A DNA stretch of 64,000 nucleotides from Podarcis filfolensis (Eukaryota). The DNA lies in assembly GCA_964270895.1 (NCBI GenBank), contig OZ185436.1; one strand, given 5' to 3'. The first letter of the stretch is position 1. Each line of letters opens with the position of its first letter. Made by a program: the position numbers and the translations under genes. The notes beneath the pieces were generated by a model. That model saw only the letters and a list, made by a program, of their open reading frames with translations. It did no database searches and had not been told where the DNA came from. Below are positions 1-32,700 of the stretch, in pieces.

Positions 1-847
1 ATAGGGGTGTGGCAGAACACTGTCAGAACAATTTCCTCATTTCTAATGTGTGGGGCTAAATATATGAGTGAGATAAGAGCGCAAGAAAGGAAATTCCATG
101 CTCAGATAACTGTTAATGAAGTAACAAATTAGAGATTAATTCACTTTATTGCTACCTACTTAGTACAGGCCAGTGACTTTCTTCCCGTCACTATTGTGCC
201 AAGCATTTATTAGTGTAGGACTCGCAAATGGCCTTTTATATCTCTAGGAAGAGTGTTCACAAATATGTGTAGCAGTGCATTCTTGACTGGACCAAGTCTT
301 ACCTCCCATATCACCCCAGAGGGCTGTGAGTCAGCTTGAGCCGGAATTCACAGTGGCTGGCCAAGCACTAAGGCCTGTAGCTGACTCAGCTACCAGGCCC
401 CGAAATGAGTAGTGTCGTATCATGTCAGAGGTGTAGTACATCTGACTTGAAAGTGGACCTCACGAGAAGTCAGATCATGGCTTGATTAGGGCAAGGGAAA
501 CAAGGACTGTGCTAGCAGCCTGGATGACGCCAGATCAAAACAAATGTAGTGGCGAGAAGGAAAGGCATGTGCTTTCCTCAGTTTCCTTGTGGTGCAACAC
601 ATGTGCATGTACACACATGGGAACACATAAGCACACACACACTCACTAACAAAGTGTGTGTTGGCTCTTTTGAGACAATTATCCAGGATAATCTTTATGC
701 AGATTACGGGGATCCGATGGAGGGAGCAGATTGGACGCCTGTGTTTATTAAAATATGGATTTTGATCTCCTGTGTGGAGAGAGTGAGGCTGTGCGGGGGA
801 GAGGGTGGCACTGAGCCGGCGAGGGGGTGCTTACTGCTGTAGTTCTG

Positions 848-853
848 TATAAA
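848..853 (+). promoter_or_regulatory. TATA box upstream of putative PCP2 exon 1
   Basis: TATAAA follows a GC-rich stretch (~780-835), about 165 nt before the ATG at 1015. Confidence 0.5.
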
Positions 854-1014
854 TCACTAAGAGCAGCGGGCATCAGGACTGTCAGAGTGGCCAGAGGGCA
901 GGGAAAGTGCACAGCGCCGACAGGTCCTGTACCACCAACTCAAGGGGATAAACAGCTTTTTCGCTGGGGGAAGGAACCTATTTTGAGCAGTACTTACAGG
1001 AGGGGTGTTTCACA

Positions 1015-22941
<21,927 letters not shown>

Positions 22942-24186
22942 AGGCGCAGATCTGCAAGACCTCCTCTCCCAAATCTACCATGCTTTGCTTTAACCTCACA
23001 TTTCCTCCACGCAGCAGTAGGGATGTAATCTACAAATATTTTTGATAACGAGGTTCTTTCAATGTCCTTGCATGAGATATTTGTCAAGTCCTACTACCCA
23101 AGACACAAGCACACACCTTGTTTCTCAAATCCACTAAGCCCTGGCACTGCTTCCCCATCGGATGCAAGCAGTACTACCCACAAAGTCCCCCTCCCCACAT
23201 ACACATCAGATTCCTCTACTTCTATCCCTCTTAACATGCCTAGCAGTGTTCCCTTGGACACTGAGGCAAGTGCTGCCTCAAATGTATAAATGCAATTAAA
23301 AAAGGTTTCTCGGAACAGAGTGTAAAATGGGTAGTCATTTATGGAACAGGGTCATGTCCAGCAAGAACAGAACACTGTGAAAGTACGTTGGATTTTGAAT
23401 ATTGAACTATCAAGCTTTCAATGCACTGGGTGATTACACAATGGGACTGCCAGAATTACAGAGTTCTTGGGGGGGGGGGTGGATTGTACTTTTAGTTTTC
23501 AGAAGTCACAAGAAGTTTGACAAAATGTAAAAGAGAGATCACGGCAGGCTGTTCACCTGCAGCACCAAACTACTTTTCTCCCGTCTTCATAAAACTGCAG
23601 GATATATTCCAGGAAATCAACGGCCTGTTCATCCATCTGTTTTGCATCCATGCTTTTAGCAGCCCATTCACACTAAACAATAGTTTATTTTACTATGGTT
23701 TAATGTGATGTGCAAACCAAAGCAATGAGAGAAGAAAGCAGTGCAGAAGGACCCACCTGGATAAAACAGATCTTCAGTCCAAGGAGGACAAGTGAAATAT
23801 AACTTGCATCTCTGAAGACACCCAGATACCTTTACTGAAAGACATACAGAGATTCAGTCTTTCTATAAATAACTTTTTATTCAAAGTGACTCTCCTAAGA
23901 CAGCTGCCAAACTTGCAGACAGGGTTCAGCAGCTTCACCCAGCAAGAGCCAGAAGAACACAAAGGAAGTAGCCTATATCCTCTTCCCATTTTCCATTGAC
24001 AGCCATGGAGGCATGCACAGAACCATTATTCAGGAATACAAAGTGAAACTGCATTGCAATTCCCTTCATCTCTTAGTACAAAAAGTGTTTTAGAGGGCAT
24101 TTGTTAAGTTAAAGTAGGAGATTTGTGATGACAACTTTCTTGAGAGTGCATCAAACCCTGGGGAGAAAGGGGATGATGCTACATCA

Positions 24187-26518
24187 TTATTCCTTAGCTG
24201 ACTGCAGCATCCGCTTCTCGTGTTCCTTCCTCATTCTCTCTTTGAAGTCTTCCAGTTCTTTTCTCTGGAGAAGACAGAAGTGCCAATTTCATCATAAATG
24301 ATCTGTTCGCTTAGACCGGGGGTGGGCTACTTATGGCCCTCCAGTTGGAATCCCAATGCCCATCAGTCTTAGCCAGTATGGCCAACGGTCAGGAAAGTTG
24401 GGAGCTGCAGGCTAACATCTGGAAGGTCACAGGTTCCCCCCTCCTGGATTAGACATGCAGTATTCATTGTTGAGGCATATTTACCTGGTAATTATCTTCA
24501 GGTGGGTATATCTCTCTCTGAAGGAAAAGGATTAAAAAGGGAATCATATTATTGGAAAGTCCTGCTTTTATATTGAAACAGATTAAAACCATGCCACCTA
24601 AATTTCCACTGCTGTACAAGCAGAAAGCAGGCAAATTTGTCAAAAACACCAAGAGGGCAGGGAAAATACAGCCAGCTTGAGTGAGCGAACAAACTAAAAT
24701 TCTATGAGAACTGAAAAGTCTTCCTAATTTTCAAGAGACTGTCACTGGGGGATAGAATCAGAATTGTAGAGTTGGAAGGGAACACTAAAGTCATCTAGTA
24801 CAACCCCCTGAAATGCAGAGATCTTTTGTCCAACCTGGGGCTCAAACCTAAGACCCTGAGATTAAGAATCTCATGCCTAAGAAGAACATTTACCTAGGAA
24901 AGAAAGAGATAAGTCCTGGCCTCTTAACACAGTTGAGAAAATCTTGTTTATTCTCCTAATAGTTCAGGTATCAAGTACAGACAGTAGCATAACCCAAATG
25001 GGGCCACCAAGGAACAGCATCAGAATGCTTGGGGTAACCCTGATAGTGGCAGAAGTGGGAGGGGTCTTTAAAACTAAAACTGAAAGAGGCAATGCCCCCC
25101 ACAAATAGCCCAGGGTTAAGAATGCTCATAGAAAATAGACTGAGAGCGGAAAAATTAAAAAGGAAGAGGAGAGAAGTGGAAAGCCCTCCTTGAAGGGAAT
25201 GGCTGACTGGAACCCTGAACAGGAAGCCTCCTTTTAGGAGAGAATATATGCTGCAACATTTTGCTGCAGGTTCCACTTATTATTATTAATTTTGTTTATT
25301 TACAGACCAATGACTCCTGCTAAACAGCAGACCAGAAGCAACTAGATGCATTGTGTGCAATGCCAGCTTTTGCATACAGTACTTGCTTGTAGAAGCCAGG
25401 CTCCCAGCATATGGCTGTTGAGTAAAATGCAATAAAAGGAAGCCTGGGTTTTTCTTTTCCAGTTCCGGAGGTGAAATCAGCATGAGAATTAAAAAAAACA
25501 GATAAAACCTCACAGGAAAGGTTTGGAAATGATTTCATTACTCCACCCTGTTCTTCCCTTTCTAATTACATGGCAAAACTGACCTTCCGCTTGATAACAT
25601 ATTCTTCAAAATAATCTGCCTGATTTGAAATCCAGAACATAGCAACAGGAAAAGATAAATACAGCATCATCTGCAAGAGAAAGGAGATAGGAAGTCAGAT
25701 GGTAATACAGGTGCATTGGGACACTTTGCAGGGTTTTATTAGATTTTGCCCAATCTGGCCCTTAACGGCAGAAGCTTCCTCTCATCCCTTGCTAAAAGGT
25801 CAGGAGGACGACCATCATATGGCAGAGGTAACGGTAGAAAGGAGAAATGGCATAAAGGAAAAGAAACACATCTAGGTTGCAGGACAAGTTATTTTGCACC
25901 AGGATGCGGAGGGAGAGAAGGAAGGGATCACTGGCAACACTAAGGGCTGTGCTTCTAGGGCGAAGGAAGACGCAGGGCGCAGCGGCACCTCGGGCCCATT
26001 AACGAGCAGCGCATTTCACCAGTTTCCGCATTGGAATTGTAACCACCCGACCTGCTCTTCGGAGAGGACAGACGGCATTTCCCTGCAGATACCCGCGAGT
26101 AAGGGCAACCTGATCTTTCCTACGTGCTTCCCAACATTATGCATGTATGAAACCTAACAGATATTCAAAACTACATCTATTGCCTTGAAAATAAGATCGA
26201 GCGATCGAGCTGCCTGCCCTTCCAGTTATATATTTTAACCCATAAAACCGAAGCTCTCCGAGGCACGTGAAGGGCTCCAAGGGGGGAGGATCTTATCTTA
26301 AACTCGTATGTTGGCCAGCGAGCCCCCAAGAGCGAAAAGAGAGCCTGCCGGGGAGGAGGTTTTTGCCCCGGGGGGAGCTGCACAAGACTTTTTGCCCCGG
26401 GGTTTTTGCCCCGGGGGAGCTGCACAAGACTTTCTGTCTGCGAAAGAGAAATCCCCATTCCCACCCCAGGAGGACCCCGCTTGCCACAGACCCGGAACAC
26501 CTCCAGCTTCACCCCCAT
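24187..26518 (-). CDS. PET100: PET100 cytochrome c oxidase assembly chaperone, 4 exons, 74 aa
   Basis: complement(join(24187..24264, 24485..24517, 25584..25670, 26492..26518)) gives MGVKLEVFR/MMLYLSFPVAMFWISNQADYFEEYVIKRK/REIYPPEDNYQ/RKELEDFKERMRKEHEKRMLQSAKE*. All introns GT-AG, phase 0. Minus-strand AATAAA at 23876-23881 and 23684-23689. Confidence 0.97.
24317..24446. mobile_element. Short palindromic hAT MITE in PET100 intron 3
   Basis: TSD GCTTAGAC/GATTAGAC (7 of 8); termini ggggtggg...tggccctccag and ctggaaggtcacaggttcccc...ctg. Confidence 0.75.
24752..24876 (-). mobile_element. tRNA-derived SINE with CR1-type 3' tail
   Basis: The reverse complement has a tRNA-like head (cttaatctcagggtc..ggtttgagcccc) and the tail gggttgtactagatgac...ccttccaactctacaattctgattctat. 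Confidence 0.8.
26360..26433. repeat. Short tandem duplication in PET100 intron 1
   Basis: tttttgccccggggg(g)agctgcacaagac twice, with a partial tttttgccccgggg unit between the copies. Confidence 0.85.
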
Positions 26519-26793
26519 GGCGCCGCTTGGCCGATGCTGAACGGGGCCCCGCCCTCCCTCTGGCACCGCCCACCCTCGCCATATGCCACGCCCCTAAAGT
26601 CTTCCGAAGATGGCGCCCGCAAGCAACATGGCGGCTGGAAGGCGGAAAGGAAACGTCCTCCCTGTCGGATGACCAATAGGACTGTTGCTGGCCAAGTGAC
26701 GCAAGCGGAGGAGAGAGCCCGAGCTCTGAACCGCAGCTGTCCTTGTGCGTCATTGCCGTGCGCCTCGCTCGCTCGGAGTGGGAAGCGTCCAAG
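26519..26793. promoter_or_regulatory. Bidirectional PET100/XAB2 promoter within a CpG island (~25950-27150)
   Basis: Head-to-head ATGs 275 bp apart. KLF/Sp box GCCACGCCCC at 26585-26594, YY1-type AAGATGGCG at 26607-26615 and AACATGGCGGC at 26625-26635, CCAAT at 26673-26677, high CpG density. Confidence 0.85.
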
Positions 26794-29700
26794 ATGCCGG
26801 AGCTGGAGACGGTGTTGGGGAAGCGGGAGCTCTTTTTCGTGAGTAGGGCCCGGTGGGAAGGTGTCGGGGGGTGAAATGCTCGGACGGGTCCTCCCTAGGC
26901 CGAGCTCCCTTTCGCCCACAGAACTTAATTCTCCCCCCCCCCCGCGCCGGTGAAATAAAAGGCGAGGCTTGCTTCGAACATGTGCAGAGTTCTTTCCCCT
27001 CAAGATTGAACCAAGTCAAGGAAAAGCGATGTAATCATTCTAATAGGGAGTCGCTGGGTGATAGCCTTGCACAATAATTCTACTTTGCATTCGTGCAGCG
27101 AATTTTAAGTGTTCAAAATGTCCCGTGTACCGTATGGTATTTCATGGCCAGGGCAAGTGTTGTTACAATAGAACCGCTGTCTCTTTGTGCCCTTTGACTC
27201 AATCCTTCTTGTAACATTTAATACCAAAAAATATTTTGATATGACATCATCATACTGCTTCTGCTAGCCTATGATGTTAAAGTGGGGTGCTTATTATGAT
27301 GTCACTATGTTATTTTAAGTAGACATTTAAAAAGGAAGAGGCTTAGAGTGACAGCTGTTGTATGATTCTTTGTAACAGCCTTTCTCAACCTTGGGCTCCC
27401 AGATGTCATTGGACTACAATTCCTGTCATTTCTCGCTAGCAGGACCAGTGGTCAGGGATGATGGGACTTGTGGTTCAGCAGTATTGGGGACCCAGGATTG
27501 AGAAATGCTGCTCTGTAATATCTGCTTTGGTCGTTACTAACTTACAGTAGTCCTGTAAGGTAAGATTGTACACTCACACCTCAATATTTGAGCTTAGAGC
27601 TGGGACCAGAGACTTGCTAAAGATTACTTAGTGAATTTGTGGCTGCAGTAAAATATGAAGTGATGATTTTTTGGTTCATTTTTCATATGCTCACATGTAA
27701 AATTAGGTAGCATTTTTCAAAAGCCTGAAGATAGCATTGGGGTGCGTAAGTTATAACGGTGCTGCACAAAGAAATATAATAGTACATCCTCTCTCTAAAT
27801 TTATATTGCCTTGCTCCTCACCCCTACACAGGAAGAGGAAGACTTGCAATATGAAGAAGAAATATTGCGCAACCCCTTCTCTGTCAAGTGCTGGATCCGC
27901 TACATTGAGTTCAAGCAAAATGCTCCCAAGCATATCTTGAATCTGATCTATGAGAGAGCTCTTAAGGAATTGCCAGGCAGGTATGCGCTTGTGTCTCTTT
28001 CTTTTATGTAAAGTTCTTTAGCAAACTGCATGAAGGTAGTAGGGGAACCCTTTTCAATCCAGATTTTCATAAGGCATTGTTGTATAAAAAATGTAAATGA
28101 AAGGCTAACTCTTAACTTCTTCAGAATTGAGGGGAGTTTCTTATGATCTGTTTTCTGGTCTCTTCTGAAAGCAGACAGGAATACCCTCAACAGATGGAAC
28201 CCCTTGCTGTCCCTGTTGATGTTTCCCTGGTTTATTTCAGGAGCAAGGCACTATGATCACCCAACTCCCCTCGTAATGAGAGCTGGGAGCAACATGGCAA
28301 AATCTTTTACTTTAATGTTAATAGTTGCCCCCTTTGTGTTTTGCAGCTACAAGCTATGGTATAATTATCTTAAGCAGCGACGGAAGCAGGTAAAGAGCAA
28401 GTGTGTAACGGATCCCAGCTATGAAGAAGTGAACAACTGTCATGAGCGTGCCCTTGTCTTCATGCACAAGGTACAGTGGTTGGTGATATGCTTAGAGGGC
28501 TGGTAATGCCTGGGAAAAGTGAGTCAATCATAATGGCTGCTATTATGGCTGGTTATGACGATGTCTATCTGAAGGCCTCACATATGTTTTCATTTCAGAG
28601 CTGTATCTCAGATGTGTGCATATGTGGAATGCAATAATGGCTTTAGTATACCACTTTCAGCTCTCTTAAAAACAACAATCTTTAGCCTAAATCTGTGAGT
28701 TTGTCTCAGAAACTGTTGTAGATGCCACATAGCAATGGGAAGGAAATGATAAAAATAACGGGGGAGCTCCTTCCTTAAGAAGAAAGCCTTAATGAAAATC
28801 ACTGAAGGGTTTGTAAACTGATGAGCCATTCTGTAGAGAATTTTTTATTCAAAACACTAGCACTTGAGTCTCCTAGTGAAATTAGAGATGTGTATAAGAT
28901 GCCCCCAAATTTTGGACATTATTTTTTAGGGGGGAAACCTAGTCTTATACACAGAAAAATATGTTAATTGATTGCAATAGTCAAAACAAAAAAATTTTTT
29001 TCCTTCCAGTAGCACCTTAAAGACCAACTAAGTTAGTTCTTGGTATGAGCTTTCGTGTGCATGCACACTTCTTCAGATACAGAAGAAGTGTATCTGAAGA
29101 AGTGTGCATGCACACGAAAGCTCATACCAAGAACTAACTTAGTTGGTCTTTAAGGTGCTACTGGAAGGAAAAAAATTTTTTTGTTTTGACTATGGCAGAC
29201 CAACACGGCTACCTATCTGTAACTGATTGCAATAGGTTTAGGATAAGCAAAAAGCAAACACACAAAATTTGTTGGACACTGTTTCGGACTACTGAATGCT
29301 GGTTATGTCCGGGAAATTCCAGACGCATGGCAACCCTAGTATTACAAAGTGTGGAGTTTGCAAGTACCGGTAAGTTCATTGGCTTTTTGAATAAAGAAAT
29401 AGATAAATTAGTGGAGTCCATTAAGCAGAATTTCTTAAAATGGAACAGCTGTATTCAGAGGCAGTGACTTGCTTGACTGCTGCATGCTAGATGCAAGCCA
29501 CTGTTGTTGTCATAGCCCACTTGCGAACTTCCTAGTCACATATGTGTAGCCACTATTAGAAGCTGGCTGTGGGACAGTGTTAACCTTTGGTCAGATCCCC
29601 AAAGGGAGTTGCTATTTTCTTATTATTTGTCTGATTGTAGATGCCTCGGATATGGCTAGATTACTGCCAGTTTCTTATGGACCAGTGTCGGATCACCCGC

Positions 29701-32700
29701 ACCCGTAGGACCTTTGACCGAGCACTCCGGGCCCTGCCCATCACACAGCACCATCGTATCTGGCCACTCTACCTGAAGTTTGTGCGCCTGTATCCATTAC
29801 CCGAGACAGCTGTGCGGGTCTACCGCAGGTACCTGAAGGTAAGGGAACCCATATGTCCCCAACTAATTTGTCTTACCAAACTCTTCCACCTCTGAGCCAT
29901 CTGCGTAATCTTTGTAGAGAAAGTGTTGTCTTCCTTGTGCAATGACTGCCTAAATGGGTTTCTTCTCTTTTAGGCTCCTTTTCATTATTAGCACTGAATG
30001 AATTCTTGTCCTACTTTTAGTCTCGTGCATAGCCCTTGCAAAACTTCTACTGGAATATTATACTGTATTTGAGTTGGGTACTCATAGTGTTTGGAAGTGG
30101 CTAGAGAGGGTACAGAGAGATCAGAAGGCTGTGGAACAAATTCTTCAATAGCACCAAAATATTTGATTGATTTCATTTATGACAGAGAACAATAAAATTG
30201 CTTTTTCAGCAAAGAGAAATCCCTTCTCAAAGGGAGAGTATTGGACAAAAGTGTTATTTAATTGGGTACCTCTCTAGATTAGATCAGGGAGATTTTCCAG
30301 AAATACTAATGCACCGAGGGCCTTCTCGGTAGTGGCGCCCACCCTGTGGAACACCCTCCCTTCAGATGTGAAGGAAATAAGCAGCTATTGTATCTTTAAA
30401 AGACATCTGAAGGCAGCCCTGTTTAGGGAAGTTTTTAATATTTAATGCTGTATTGTTTTTTACACTTGATTGGGAGCCGCCCAGAATATTCTTATTCATT
30501 ATGTTAACTCAAGAACTGTCCTTCTGCTGGGAGTTGAGATGCAGAAACTTGTTGTAAATTACATCAGTGGCGCCCAGTAATTTTCTTTTTTCTGTTATTT
30601 TTAAAGAAACCGAGACACCAGATGCAAAGGAAGCCACAATCCCTTAACCTTCCGTAGTTTCGCAGAACAGGAAATTTCAGCAGGGACATGTTTTTTGCAG
30701 CCCTACATGACAAATTCCAACTTTTACAACTCCCTCTTATATACATCTGGTAAAGATGCAAGGTGCTTGTACTTTTTTTGCACCTGAACACCCTACAGCG
30801 AGGATAAATGAACATATGCCAACTCTTAAGTCGATCCTGCATTGCAGATGGACTTAAAGAGGGGTTCTGGGTCTGAAACCCTTTGCTTAGGACTCCTGAA
30901 CTAGGACACCTCTTTACAAAATGTTGTCTGCTCTAAATCTGTGGATAGTAGTCTGTTTAATCTGCTGTTTTTTATTTTAATTTTGGAATAAGTGAAAATT
31001 TTGTCATGTTGCCTAAAAGAAATCACACTTGTTCCCCCTGACAAATCTTAAATAGCTATAACACACTATGCACAAAGGGTTGTAAGCTACTCCTTGTATT
31101 CTTAGCTAACCTTGAGTTGGCACTTCTAGCAGTGCTGCAATTAATCTACATTAGCTCTTCTACTGCCACTGTTTTGGTCTTGTCAGCATTCTGGTGGATT
31201 CTGAGCTGTACGCGTTTTTATGTTGCAGCTGAGCCCGGAGAATGCTGAGGAATATATTGAGTACCTGCGCTCCATTGACCGCCTGGATGAGGCTGCTGTC
31301 CGCCTTGCCGCTGTGGTGAATGATGAACGCTTCATCTCCAAGGAGGGGAAATCCAACTATCAAGTGAGGCTCATGGTAGCTGGCAGTCAGCCCTCCAAAA
31401 TTATGTGGAGGATCTCTCTTCTCCTTCATCCAAAGATGCCTGCTGCAGAACAACCTGTACACTTGATGCTTTTCCTGCCTCTCAGCGTTGCCAAGATCTC
31501 TCTGACACCTTGTCCTCTCCGTTACAGCTGTGGCACGAGCTCTGTGACCTCATCTCGCAGAATCCGGACAAGGTGAAGTCGCTCAATGTGGGGGCCATAA
31601 TCCGGGGCGGCCTGACTCGCTTCACCGACCAGCTGGGCAAGCTGTGGTGTTCCTTGGCAGACTACTACATCCGCAGTGGGCATTTTGAGAAGGTAGTCAC
31701 CTGGGCCTGAGGGTTTGTGCTGTGATGCAGGGACTTGGCTGGAGTCATATCCCAATCCCAGGGGGAACTTCAAAATGGCACAGAGTGTAACGTTCAAGTC
31801 TTTCAGCTATTTCCTCTTAAATTCCTTATTCATCTGGTCTGAGCAAGACCTCACCTTTATTTGGTGAAAATCTTGGGTTGGAGACAGACATTAATTTTTA
31901 TGAAGGGCTGAAGACAGTTTGAACAAAAGTCTGCTAGTAATGGTAAATACGTGCCACCCTCATGTACCCCTACTAAGCAGACTTTATAGGTGTTTCTATT
32001 GTTCTGAAAACCTTTTTCACCAGAAGGGAAGCCTCTTTTAGATCACTTTGAACTCACTTAAAAAGAGCTATTGTCTGTCTCCACTCTTCTCCTAATTCAC
32101 TCTTTTAAATAAGGCGTTTACTGAGCTTGTAGGGATCAGATAAGGAACAGTCAGCAAAATAACCAACAGAAATCCTTACAAGCCACCAAACAAAAATGGA
32201 AATAGAAGAATCTGGAAGATTGGCAGTAGAGGAAAGTTACCTAGCATAGAGGAGGGACAAAGGATAGGGGGAAGTATCTCCTATGATTTTCTTCTTTTAT
32301 TATATTATTTCTGTTCTGTTCTCTCCCCATCAGAAGAATTCATAGTGTCTCATAATACATGAAGTGTTCCAAGTTTGTGAAAAGTCACTAGGGAAAACAA
32401 ATAAGAATCCTAGTGCTTTCTGGGGTGACTGTACATAACAAGCAGGATTTTCATGTCTTAATGTCATGCCGAGTAGATTTTTAGAAATCATTGTTTGTTT
32501 GCTTTTTTTAATTGGTACCGAGGTCAGCAAACCGGTGAAAAAAATGTGATGTATGGACAGCTGGAGGAGACTGAGAATTAGTACTCAATAACGTGTTTCC
32601 TCCTTTGGGACATCTGAACAAGCCCTCAGTTGTTCAGGTTTAAACTTCTGGGTGATCCTGTAACTTGATTCCTCCTCAAATTAGAATCAAAGGCAAAGGC

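Noticed and set aside
1-1000. STXBP2 first exon, expected by synteny on the minus strand
   Set aside because: No MAPxGLKxVVGEK-like exon found; the gene probably starts left of the window.
24752-24876. tRNA-like sequences here and at 42738-42800
   Set aside because: Decayed cloverleaf fused to a CR1-type tail, so these are SINE heads and not tRNA genes.
26177-27077. Cluster of overlapping 120-190-aa ORFs around the PET100/XAB2 promoter
   Set aside because: Stop-poor CpG island; only MGVKLEVFR (PET100) and [15 protein letters not shown] (XAB2) fit spliced gene models.
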